Made by a program: the position numbers and the translations under genes. A model generated the notes under the pieces. That model saw nothing but the letters and a program-made list of their open reading frames with translations, searched no databases and was not told where the DNA came from. This document shows, in pieces, positions 1 through 8,507 of a stretch of DNA of 43,536 nt (position 1 is the first letter of the stretch; every line of letters starts with the position of its first letter). The stretch is from Patescibacteria group bacterium UBA1400 (lineage in GTDB: Bacteria > Patescibacteriota > Microgenomatia > UBA1400): assembly GCA_002305125.1 (NCBI GenBank), contig DBQG01000001.1:1-43536 (forward strand), in the 5' to 3' direction.

Positions 1-1650
1 TGCCTGAGCAATACGAAAAGCCAGCCCTGACCATTTTTCTTTAACTTCGTCGTCCATTGCACTCATAGCCATTTCTCTCCGCCAACCGCTTTGAGTAAAT
101 GGTCCTCCTGCCATATTAAAATTAACCACATCAATAAGTCTTAAATTTAATGGATCAACTTTACCCCCCTGTTCAAATAGTTTTTGAATTTGTTTACGAC
201 TGGAAAAAGGCAATGCCTTTCCCTCAGTGACCATAAACATTAAAAAGTTGGCTGCTTCATCACCATCCTGATATTTTTCTAAAAAATGTTCAAAAGCATC
301 TAGGGGTCTGACAAAATCCTCATAAGCAGGAGAAACAACGCCGGGAAAATTAGGATCCTGAGGAAGTCTGCCTCTGGCTACCATTTCCGGCATTCTTAAA
401 ATCAGCATTTCATAGCCTTTACCAATGCTCATTGCTCTTCTAACTCTTTGCTCTGACCACTCCTTTTTAAACTGCTCATCATCCAGTCCATATTTTGCTT
501 TTATCACTTTTTCCATTCTGCCTCTTACCCACTCATCCACATCGCTTTCTCTATCATGAGCGCCGTACAATACGCTTTCTGAAGGAATCCAGTTTCCATT
601 TCTTGACCTTATGGTAGTCATACCAACTTCATAAAGTCTGGCCGCCAGCTCCACTTCTTCTTCTTTAAAAAGCTGATCAAAAAGATCGGGAGTAAACCTT
701 TCCATCATGTGTTCAAACTCTTCAGGCTTGGCCGCTCCATGCTCTACTGCAGCCAGTCCGTCATGAACCATCTTTCTCATTTTTAATCTAGCACTATACT
801 CGTTTCTTATTTTCTGTCCTTCCTGACCAGGAATAGCTGTCAGCTGTAGCATAAATTCTGCTGCCTTATTTAACTGATCCATACCCATGTTTCTTAAAGC
901 GTCTGAAGAGAATTCGCTAGGAAAAGCATCAACAATTGCAAAATATTCTTCAAATACCTGTTCTCTAAAATCTCTACCTGTTGCACCAATATCTTTTATT
1001 AAAGATTTTTCCCTATCAGAAAAAAATTCATATCTACTTTTTCTAGATTGCTCTTCCTGGCTTAGCATCCTATCCGCTTCAGCCTCTGTCAGTCCTTGAT
1101 TATCCATTAGCATTTGCTTTTTAATCTGCCTAAAGGCTGCTTCTTCTTCTGGAGTTCTTACTTTTCCAACATCTCCCTTAGTAAGTAAAATTCTATCTAG
1201 TTCATTTTTTTTCTCTGATAGAGTGGTTGTTAATCTGTGCCTGGCAATTTCATCAAGTTTCCAATCAAAATCTTTGGGCTGAGCCTCAACTTGCCTAGTT
1301 AGCCTTTCGCTGGCTCTAGCTAGTGCCACTCTAGCCTGGGCTTTTTTGTCTCCTAAATCCTCAGAAGAAGCTTTTCTCAACTCCTCCAGCGCATCTTCTA
1401 CCTGCTGATCAATACTTCTCCTTATCTCTTCTGTTTGTTTGCCATAATCTGTTTGTAAAAATCTTTCAACTCTTTCGTTTCTTTCTTTAAGAGACTCCTG
1501 AAGTTGTTTTTTTTCCTCTGCAGTAAGTTCTCTTTCTCCCTGTTTGTCGGTTAGATTTCTTATTTTTTCTAAAAGCTGATGAAAAGAAGCAAGCAAAGCA
1601 CTAAAGCCCTTTTTTTCTTTTTTAGAGTTTTCTGTCTCTCTCTCAGTCAT
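1..1650 (-). CDS. large hypothetical helical protein, N-terminal 550 codons (3' end lies beyond the left window edge)
   Basis: Hand translation of the minus strand from ATG at 1650..1648 is open to position 1 (MTERETENSKKEKKGFSALLASFHQLLEKIRNL ... EKWSGLAFRIAQA). It is absent from the ORF track because it has no stop inside the window. Its ATG overlaps the stop of the upstream riboflavin kinase gene by 8 nt (ATGACTGA). E/R/K-rich with no domain I recognise. Confidence 0.6.
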   Translation of the reverse strand, partial: MTERETENSKKEKKGFSALLASFHQLLEKIRNLTDKQGERELTAEEKKQLQESLKERNERVERFLQTDYGKQTEEIRRSIDQQVEDALEELRKASSEDLGDKKAQARVALARASERLTRQVEAQPKDFDWKLDEIARHRLTTTLSEKKNELDRILLTKGDVGKVRTPEEEAAFRQIKKQMLMDNQGLTEAEADRMLSQEEQSRKSRYEFFSDREKSLIKDIGATGRDFREQVFEEYFAIVDAFPSEFSSDALRNMGMDQLNKAAEFMLQLTAIPGQEGQKIRNEYSARLKMRKMVHDGLAAVEHGAAKPEEFEHMMERFTPDLFDQLFKEEEVELAARLYEVGMTTIRSRNGNWIPSESVLYGAHDRESDVDEWVRGRMEKVIKAKYGLDDEQFKKEWSEQRVRRAMSIGKGYEMLILRMPEMVARGRLPQDPNFPGVVSPAYEDFVRPLDAFEHFLEKYQDGDEAANFLMFMVTEGKALPFSSRKQIQKLFEQGGKVDPLNLRLIDVVNFNMAGGPFTQSGWRREMAMSAMDDEVKEKWSGLAFRIAQA

Positions 1651-2068
1651 TGTTTTTATTATACATTTTTACTAAATTTTGGCCAATTAATTTAGACCTG
1701 TTTATGTCTTTTCTAATTTGCTCTTGAAGTTCTTTTTTTGTTTTAAAAACCATTACAGGCCTTAAAAAGGCCAGAAGCTGAAAAAATATTTTTTCTCCCA
1801 ATTCAACCTCATCTTTCAGATTAAAAATAAATATTTCTGCTACCAGCTCTTTTTCTTTGAAAACGGGCCGTGGGCCATAATAAAGCAATCCTGTTTTCAT
1901 CTCCTTGCCTAATTTAACTCTACACAGAAAAACTCCATTTTTAAAAGGAAAGTTTTCTTTTAAGTTTATAGTCGGAAAGCCTAGTTTTTTTCCCCTTCCT
2001 TTCCCCTTAACCGCTGTTCCAAAAAACCATTTATCTGTTACAATATTTTTAATGTTTATCGCTGCCAT
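1643..2068 (-). CDS. riboflavin kinase (RibF C-terminal-domain-only, monofunctional)
   Basis: GKGRGKKLGFPTINL matches the riboflavin kinase G-x-GRG-x-x-LG-x-PT-x-N signature. Start trimmed to ATG at 2068 (MAAINIKN...) because the 31 upstream codons of the track ORF look non-coding. No N-terminal FAD synthetase domain is present. Confidence 0.8.
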   Translation of the reverse strand: MAAINIKNIVTDKWFFGTAVKGKGRGKKLGFPTINLKENFPFKNGVFLCRVKLGKEMKTGLLYYGPRPVFKEKELVAEIFIFNLKDEVELGEKIFFQLLAFLRPVMVFKTKKELQEQIRKDINRSKLIGQNLVKMYNKNND

Positions 2069-2765
2069 AATTTTCCTTACCTTAACTATTATAATTTTTT
2101 TTACTTCACAGGGTTTGATTAAAAATCTTTTTAAAAACTTTTTTCTTTTAACTAAAAACAAATTAGCTGCTATTCAGATTATAACCTGGTTTTTGCTTCC
2201 AGGAACAGTAATCCATGAACTTTCTCACATGTTGGTGGCAGAAATTTTGGGCGTCAGAACCGGAGCATTCAGTTTTATCCCTGAACAAATAGATGAAACG
2301 AGGTTTAAGGTCGGCAGTCTTAAAATAAATAAAACTGATCCTTTCCGCTATACCCTTATAGGATTGGCTCCTCTTTTGTTGGGTCTTATTATTGTTTTTG
2401 CTGTTTTTAAATTTGGTCTTGAGTCTTTTTTTAGAAATCCTTCAAGCTTTTTTTCTCTTCATGTTTATCTTAAAATCTTTTATCTTTTTTTGACTTATTT
2501 GCTTTTTACTGTTATCAACACCATGTTTTCTTCCCAAAAAGACCTAGAAGCAGTCCTAATTCCCCTGGTCTTTTTTTTGATTTTACTTACTAGCCTTTGG
2601 CTTGCCAGGTTTGAATTGTCTTTTTCCCATCAAACTTTAAACCTAATGGCCGACATTATTGCTGATTTTAACAAAGCTTTATTTCTGGGGCTGATTCTAA
2701 ACCTACTGGTCTTAGGATTAACCAAGCTGATAAATTTTGTTATCATAAAAATATATGGCCACTAA
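2052..2765 (+). CDS. polytopic membrane protein with HExxH zinc-metalloprotease-like motif
   Basis: Track ORF 1905..2765 trimmed to ATG 2052 (MFIAAIIFLTL...). Several hydrophobic helices and the motif VIHELSHMLVAEILG. An in-frame TTG at 2115 is an alternative start. The 3' end overlaps the next gene by 11 nt. Confidence 0.6.
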   Translation: MFIAAIIFLTLTIIIFFTSQGLIKNLFKNFFLLTKNKLAAIQIITWFLLPGTVIHELSHMLVAEILGVRTGAFSFIPEQIDETRFKVGSLKINKTDPFRYTLIGLAPLLLGLIIVFAVFKFGLESFFRNPSSFFSLHVYLKIFYLFLTYLLFTVINTMFSSQKDLEAVLIPLVFFLILLTSLWLARFELSFSHQTLNLMADIIADFNKALFLGLILNLLVLGLTKLINFVIIKIYGH

Positions 2766-5700
2766 AAAAACCTTTGCCCAACTCCTTAACCAGCAGGGTG
2801 TTCCTTTGGTCAAAACAATTGTTTATCAGCTAAATGATCCCAAAAAAGAGTTTTTTGTTTTTAACGGTGAAAAAATCACAAAACAAGAAGCAGAAAATGC
2901 TTTAAGAGGATGGGCCAATGCTAATTATCCCGAGATATTTCCAAGAACTTATTTTTTAACTGAAGACTATTCTCTGCCTGTTTTCCTAAGTTCTCTTTTA
3001 AAAGAAATTCAAGCTGCTCAACCAGAACAAAGCCTGCCTGCTATTGATAAATTGGCTGCCTGGCAAAAAGCCCTGGAAGAAGATGAACAGTGGAGAGATA
3101 CCTTAGCCTATGCCAGCTCTCATGACCTTGATTATCTGTCTCAGCTTGATTTGGAAAACCAGCTTAAATTAATCAATCAAGTACAACAACAAACTAAAGC
3201 CCAGGTTCAGGTAAGCCAATCTGACCGTCTAAACAAACTACAGACTCATTGGCAAACTTATCTTCCAAATGAACAACAAGAAGAAATCTTGTCTTCTATT
3301 GTAGAACATGTTACTCAAGAGGTTGTTAATGCTCAACAAGAAATAGAGCATCAAAGCTTGCAAGAACCTGAAACTAGTAAACAAGAAAGAAACTCTGTTG
3401 TTTTTAACCAAGATTTTTTTCAATTATCCTTACAGGGTTTGTGCGAACAAGACCAAGAGATTGCTGCCGCCCTACCCGTTAGTGAAAGAAGAAAATTAGC
3501 AGCTGTTTTAGCTGAAAGTAGCCTAACTACTACTGATCCTAAAACCCTAACAAAAGCTCACCGTGCTTTAAATGAGGCGGCTATAAGGCTTGATCTTAAC
3601 AGGGAGGGAGTAATTACTGCTGTGGGAAATACTCTTGGTTTAGAAGAAAGAAAGGCTCAGGAATATGTTAATTTGCTTGAAGCCAATCTTCCCTCCAATC
3701 CTTCCCCAACCACTAGACAGACTTTAAAGGCAATGGAAACAAGCTTAAACGACCTTGATGTTTTAACCAATGCCTCCCTGGTTGCTTCAGAAACCGATCT
3801 TTTAGCCGCTCAAAGACAACTAGCTCCTTTAATTAAGAACTACTATCGGGCCCTACCTTTAGCTCAGGTCGAGGGTTGGCAAAATATGCCTGTTTCTAAG
3901 CAGGCGCGCTTATGGAGTAAAAGAATTAGCAAATTAGCCAAAGAAAACGGCTGGAAAAATCTGCAAAATTTAGATCCTGTTGTTGTTGAAAACTTGTTAA
4001 GGGGTATTGGTACAAAAAAATTAGAACAAATACTTGAGCAGCAGGGAGAAAAAATTAAGGGTTCCACTGAAGATGAAGAGGTTAAAAAAGCTAAAAATCG
4101 AAAAACTAAACTTCTGCGCCTTTATTTTAAAATTGAAAGTCTAGAAAAACTTCTTAAAGATAAAAATCTTCCCCTTGCTTTTAGACTTAATGTTAGGGGA
4201 GCTGCAATTAAGGCTGCTTTTTTAGAATTTTCAGAAAAGGTTAATCCTTTTAAATTGTCCTTTTACAATTATCATATGCCTGGACCAACCCAGTTTGCCG
4301 TCGGCAAACTTAAAGCTTTTAATAAAAAATGGAACTATCTTAACAGAGAAACTCCGTTGGGTTTTATTTTTGCTCCCTTTTTTAAAATTAGACAGGCTGA
4401 TTATAAATTTTACTCTTGGCGCTGGAAACAATGGGGAAGGTTAGTAGGTAAAATTTCTCTGCCTGGTTCAAGCAAACACAGTTTCCTTTATCAACTTCCT
4501 AATAAGCTTAAACCTTCTCACTGGTTAAGACCTGTTTATTGGGGAAGGATTGGAGCCGGCAAAGCAATGAGCTGGATAGGATCAAAGCTGGGTCAACAAG
4601 CCCTGGGAAAAGCCTTTAGTTTCCTGGGAAAAACATTTTTAAACTACACCTTTAAGGGTATGTTTAAAAAACTTCTGAGCACTGGTTTGGGCCTAGCTTT
4701 AAAAGGGTTAATTGGCGCCGGAACAGGAGGGATTGGCATTGTTATTGGTGTTGCCAGCACGCTTTTAAATTCTCAAAAAATAAAGATGCTTTTAAAAACC
4801 GCTGCCACGGGGGCAGTAATTTTGCTTGGTGCCGCCATCGGCTGGCTGGCCTCTCATATTTTTACTATGGCAGGCATGATTTTAGGAGCTAAGGTGGGTG
4901 GTATTTTAGGCTTCATGGTAGGAGGAACTTTTGGATTTGCCCTTGACAGCCTCATTGCTTCCATGGGAGGAATGCCTGAGGTGGCTGCTGCTGCTGGAAA
5001 AATTGGGGGAAGTGCGGCAGGGTTCTTGCCTGCTGCTGCCTCTTCTTTTGCCACCTCTTCTGTTTTAGGAACAACCATTGTTGTAAGCGGTGGTTCCGCC
5101 CTTATAGGAACCTCTGTTGCTTATGGCCTTATTCAACACAATACTTCTTCTGCCTTTGTTTCTCCTCCAGACATTACTGCAGAAATTGCCCCAGAAAAAA
5201 AACCTTTAATTGTCCAAAAAAGCGCCCTTCCTTCCACTGCTAAACCAGGAGACACTATTACCTACACTATTTCTCTCACTACAGGCACGGGCAACATTAC
5301 GGAAATAAAACTAACCGACGATATTGATCAGCAAAGCTTAACCAACATCCAAGTTAATCCACCGGCCTCCTACAATCCCTCTCAAATTAACGGAGAAATT
5401 GTATTAGAAGGACTTGAATTAACGTCTCCAGGATCTACTATTAATTTTTCTTATACTGTCCAGGTTAAAAATGACATTGATCCGAACACCGTCATTTTTA
5501 ATAAAGCTGTTGTTACGGGTTTACATGAGAATCAAACCATAAGTCAAACCGCAACTTTTTCTTTAAATAGCGATGGATCTGATATTGCCAAACGGGCTAA
5601 AGAAATTACTAACAATTTAGAACGAGGTTTTTGGGACTTTTACAATTATTCACCTGATTATCCCGAACTTTTTGACCAGGTTGAGTTTGCCTGTTGCCCT

Positions 5701-6144
5701 AATCATTGTTATTCTTGCGTTAGCTATCCCGACGTTTGTGAACCCGAAAATTGCAGTGGCAACCCTAGCGACTTACAAAAAGCAGACTCTTTATTTTGGT
5801 GTACTTGGCTGCCGATTAAAGCATATACAGAAACAGGACATTCTATTGGCAAACATTTGGGGGTTGGTTCTTTAAAAAACTGGTTTGAACAACAGGGAAG
5901 ATTTTTGCCCTCCACAACCCGGGTTACCGATCTTAAGCCTGGTTATGTTATTTTTTTTCAAAAACAAAACAGTCAGGGAAGTACCTACTGGGCTCACACC
6001 GGGGTTGTTTGTGAGGTTTATCCAGACGGCATCCAGGTTTGTGAATCTAACAACTATTGTAAATTTTGCGATTATACTGCCTCTCAACAGGGACATGTTC
6101 AGAATAAAGGTAGTTTAATTATAGGAGGGTATGGAACTCCGTGA
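2755..6144 (+). CDS. 1129-aa multidomain T4SS-associated protein: Q/E-rich helical N-half, Gly-zipper membrane region, DUF11-like repeat domain, Cys-rich linker, C-terminal CHAP peptidoglycan hydrolase
   Basis: Long uninterrupted ORF. Residues ~640-795 (nt ~4672-5139) are Gly/Ala-rich hydrophobic (GLGLALKGLIGAGTGGIGIVIGVAS, GAKVGGILGFMVGGTFGF). TAKPGDTITYTISLTTGTGNITEIKLTD (nt ~5197-5559) resembles the DUF11 'conserved repeat domain'. The C-terminus (nt ~5782-6141) has CHAP-like catalytic context: FWCTWLP (Cys) and YWAHTGVV (His). Confidence 0.85.
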   Translation: MATKKTFAQLLNQQGVPLVKTIVYQLNDPKKEFFVFNGEKITKQEAENALRGWANANYPEIFPRTYFLTEDYSLPVFLSSLLKEIQAAQPEQSLPAIDKLAAWQKALEEDEQWRDTLAYASSHDLDYLSQLDLENQLKLINQVQQQTKAQVQVSQSDRLNKLQTHWQTYLPNEQQEEILSSIVEHVTQEVVNAQQEIEHQSLQEPETSKQERNSVVFNQDFFQLSLQGLCEQDQEIAAALPVSERRKLAAVLAESSLTTTDPKTLTKAHRALNEAAIRLDLNREGVITAVGNTLGLEERKAQEYVNLLEANLPSNPSPTTRQTLKAMETSLNDLDVLTNASLVASETDLLAAQRQLAPLIKNYYRALPLAQVEGWQNMPVSKQARLWSKRISKLAKENGWKNLQNLDPVVVENLLRGIGTKKLEQILEQQGEKIKGSTEDEEVKKAKNRKTKLLRLYFKIESLEKLLKDKNLPLAFRLNVRGAAIKAAFLEFSEKVNPFKLSFYNYHMPGPTQFAVGKLKAFNKKWNYLNRETPLGFIFAPFFKIRQADYKFYSWRWKQWGRLVGKISLPGSSKHSFLYQLPNKLKPSHWLRPVYWGRIGAGKAMSWIGSKLGQQALGKAFSFLGKTFLNYTFKGMFKKLLSTGLGLALKGLIGAGTGGIGIVIGVASTLLNSQKIKMLLKTAATGAVILLGAAIGWLASHIFTMAGMILGAKVGGILGFMVGGTFGFALDSLIASMGGMPEVAAAAGKIGGSAAGFLPAAASSFATSSVLGTTIVVSGGSALIGTSVAYGLIQHNTSSAFVSPPDITAEIAPEKKPLIVQKSALPSTAKPGDTITYTISLTTGTGNITEIKLTDDIDQQSLTNIQVNPPASYNPSQINGEIVLEGLELTSPGSTINFSYTVQVKNDIDPNTVIFNKAVVTGLHENQTISQTATFSLNSDGSDIAKRAKEITNNLERGFWDFYNYSPDYPELFDQVEFACCPNHCYSCVSYPDVCEPENCSGNPSDLQKADSLFWCTWLPIKAYTETGHSIGKHLGVGSLKNWFEQQGRFLPSTTRVTDLKPGYVIFFQKQNSQGSTYWAHTGVVCEVYPDGIQVCESNNYCKFCDYTASQQGHVQNKGSLIIGGYGTP

Positions 6145-6635
6145 TAAAAAACTTTCTCAATAAAATAAACATTAAAGTTATTATTTTTGCTTGTTTCCTA
6201 TTTTTAACAACAGTGCTTGTTTTTGCTTATTTTTTAACTAAAAACTCCTCCACTAATCAACCCCTTCCTTCTTTAAATCCAAATCTTAAAACAAAAATAC
6301 CTTCTCAGTCTAAAGCGCAAGAAGATTTTTCCAGGCTTGATAAAGAGATTAAAATAGAGAAGGTGGACCCTCCAAGCATTGGCAACGAACTTAAAAGCAT
6401 TTATCAGCAAAACCCCTGGCTAGAACAACTTCCTTTAAGAACTAAAAGGTATGTTATCTTATATGACTGGGAGCTTAAATCTATAAGAATAAGAATTATT
6501 GTAGATGCTTCTTCCTCTATTTCTTATGATAATCAAATTAAAAGCATAAAAGAAGAGGCCTTAAAAAACTTACAAAAAATAGGCGTAGATATTAATAAGG
6601 TTCCTTTTTATTATGTTGTCTCGCCTTTTAATTAA
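6141..6635 (+). CDS. small N-terminally membrane-anchored hypothetical protein (T4SS-like cluster)
   Basis: GTG start overlapping the previous stop (GTGA). N-terminal hydrophobic helix VIIFACFLFLTTVLVFAYFL followed by a soluble domain. No recognisable motif. Confidence 0.6.
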   Translation: MIKNFLNKINIKVIIFACFLFLTTVLVFAYFLTKNSSTNQPLPSLNPNLKTKIPSQSKAQEDFSRLDKEIKIEKVDPPSIGNELKSIYQQNPWLEQLPLRTKRYVILYDWELKSIRIRIIVDASSSISYDNQIKSIKEEALKNLQKIGVDINKVPFYYVVSPFN

Positions 6636-6703
6636 ACAAGCTATCTAATTTGACCCCATTTGTTATCTTTTCAAGCTTAAAGCTTTCTTGTTATACTTTT
6701 AAT

Positions 6704-7780
6704 ATGAAACAACATCCTGTTCCTCAAAATATTTCTTCTTATCAATTTAGGCTTATAGGAGAAATGACCCTTAAACAATTTTTAGAACTTATTGCTGGCT
6801 TTATTGCTGCCTGGCTTATTTACACTCTTAATGTGCCTGTTTTTATTAAATTTCCATTTATTTTTCTGGCTATTATGGGAGGCGTTGCTTTGGCTTTTCT
6901 TCCCATTGAAGAGCGTCCTTTAGATGTTTGGATCGTTAACTTTTTCAAAGCTGTTTATTCTCCCACTCAATATGTCTGGAAAAAACGCAATCCTATTCCT
7001 CTTGTTTTTCAAAATACAACTTATTATCACCCCCTCTTAAACAAACAAACAAAAGAGCTAAAAAAAGACAGGGGCAAGCTGGAAGAATATTTAAAAACCC
7101 TTCCCTCATCTTCTCTCGTTAAAAGTACAAATAAGATTGAAGAAGACGAAGATGTTAGGTTAAAAAATATTTTTAACCTGCTTGGCCCCTCTCCTTTAGA
7201 CAAAAAAAGAGTTAATGTTCCCGGGGAAGGAAAGGCTGTCATAAAAACAAAAATAAGACAGCTAGCTCCTCAAACAGATATAAAAATTGTCCCTAAACAG
7301 GTTTTTCCAAAAGAAATTGCTGTCCCCGAAGAACAAGTTTTTAAAAAATCTTTGAAAAAAGCCGCCCCCGCCACTGGTCCCATTGTTAAACCGGCTCCCC
7401 GTTTAAATCCACCAATTTTAGTAGATTCAACCAAAGAAGAAAAACTTGATCCGTCTGTGGCTGCTCAATTCTCAACCACTCTTCCTATTCCCCAAACTCC
7501 AGAAACACCTAACCTGGTGGTAGGAATGGTAATAAGCGATTATGACAAAATTATTACTGGAGCCTTAATTGAAATTCTTAATCAAAACAATGAAACCGTG
7601 AGAGCTTTAAAAACAAACAAGCTAGGGCAGTTTTTTTCTGCCTCTCCATTAAACAGCGGTGTTTATCAAATTAAAGTTGAACATCCCGGATGGGAGTTTG
7701 ATATAATCAAACTTAAGGCAGAGGGAAAAATAATTCTTCCCATTAAGATAAAAGCAAAAAATAGAAAAAAAGATCCTTAA
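6704..7780 (+). CDS. PrgI-family (VirB3-like) membrane protein with C-terminal carboxypeptidase-regulatory-like beta-sandwich domain
   Basis: Trimmed to ATG 6704 (MKQHPVPQNISSYQFRLIGEMTLKQFLELIAGFIAAWLIY). This N-terminus plus two TM helices is the pattern of PrgI-family proteins of Gram-positive T4SS. The C-terminal segment VGMVISDYDKIITGALIEIL...TNKLGQFFSASPLNSGVYQIKVEHPGWE (nt ~7511-7753) fits the CarboxypepD_reg pattern. Confidence 0.7.
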   Translation: MKQHPVPQNISSYQFRLIGEMTLKQFLELIAGFIAAWLIYTLNVPVFIKFPFIFLAIMGGVALAFLPIEERPLDVWIVNFFKAVYSPTQYVWKKRNPIPLVFQNTTYYHPLLNKQTKELKKDRGKLEEYLKTLPSSSLVKSTNKIEEDEDVRLKNIFNLLGPSPLDKKRVNVPGEGKAVIKTKIRQLAPQTDIKIVPKQVFPKEIAVPEEQVFKKSLKKAAPATGPIVKPAPRLNPPILVDSTKEEKLDPSVAAQFSTTLPIPQTPETPNLVVGMVISDYDKIITGALIEILNQNNETVRALKTNKLGQFFSASPLNSGVYQIKVEHPGWEFDIIKLKAEGKIILPIKIKAKNRKKDP

Positions 7781-7781
7781 T

Positions 7782-8501
7782 ATGAATCCTGCCCAAGTTC
7801 CTATTAAAGCCAGCACTCAAGAACATCTAGACCTGGAAGATGTTAAAGATAATGTTGTTATCTTAAAAGATGGGTCGTGCCTGATTGTCTTACAAACCAA
7901 TGCCGTTAACTTTGACCTCTTATCAGAAAATGAACAAGATGCCACTATTTATGCTTATGCTGGTCTTTTAAACTCTCTTTCCTTTCCTATTCAAATTTTT
8001 ATCCGTTCCCGCCAAAAAGATATCTCCTCATATCTCAAACTATTAAAACAGCAAAAACAGAAGCAACAATCAGAAAAATTAAAAGAGCAAATAAGTAAAT
8101 ATCAAGAGTTTGTGGAAAAAATGGTTAAAGAGAATGAGGTTTTAGACAAGAAATTTTATGTTATTATTCCTTTTTCTACTTTTGATCTCGGTGTTTCTCA
8201 AACGGTTAAAAAAAGCGTTATTGGAAAAAAGAACCAACTTCCTTTTCCTAAGGAATATATTTTACAAAAGGCAAAAACAAGCCTGCTTCCCAAAAGGGAT
8301 CACATCATAAAACAATTTACTAGAATTGGTTTAAAAATCTCCCAATTAAACACAAGACAACTTGTAGAACTTTTTTATGATATTTATAATCCAGACTTAA
8401 AGGCTCAAAAATTAAGAGCTGCCGACGAATATTCTAACTTTGTTGTTGAACCAAATATTAAAGATCAAGAAGATAAAAAAGATAAAGAAACCAAGGATTA
8501 A
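7782..8501 (+). CDS. hypothetical protein resembling the N-terminal domain of Gram-positive VirB4/ConE-type ATPases (no ATPase domain)
   Basis: VPIKASTQEHLDLEDVKDNVVILKDGSCLIVLQTNAVNFDLLSENEQDATIYAYAGLLNSLSFPIQIFIRS follows the IP..x..DG..x..INF.L..x.Q..I...LN.L...IQI pattern at the N-termini of Tn916/ICEBs1-type VirB4 proteins. No Walker motifs. Starts 2 nt after the previous stop. Confidence 0.65.
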   Translation: MNPAQVPIKASTQEHLDLEDVKDNVVILKDGSCLIVLQTNAVNFDLLSENEQDATIYAYAGLLNSLSFPIQIFIRSRQKDISSYLKLLKQQKQKQQSEKLKEQISKYQEFVEKMVKENEVLDKKFYVIIPFSTFDLGVSQTVKKSVIGKKNQLPFPKEYILQKAKTSLLPKRDHIIKQFTRIGLKISQLNTRQLVELFYDIYNPDLKAQKLRAADEYSNFVVEPNIKDQEDKKDKETKD

Positions 8502-8507
8502 TTTGTT

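Noticed and set aside
887-1099. 70-aa plus-strand ORF
   Set aside because: It is antisense to the continuous 550-codon minus-strand frame that runs from 1650 to the window edge.
3238-6118. Short ORFs overlapping the 1129-aa gene (3238..3423, 3864..4067, 4231..4431, 4854..5078, 5672..5875, 5724..5915, 5872..6096, 5885..6118)
   Set aside because: All are nested in or antisense to a long, motif-bearing ORF. No independent coding signal is present.
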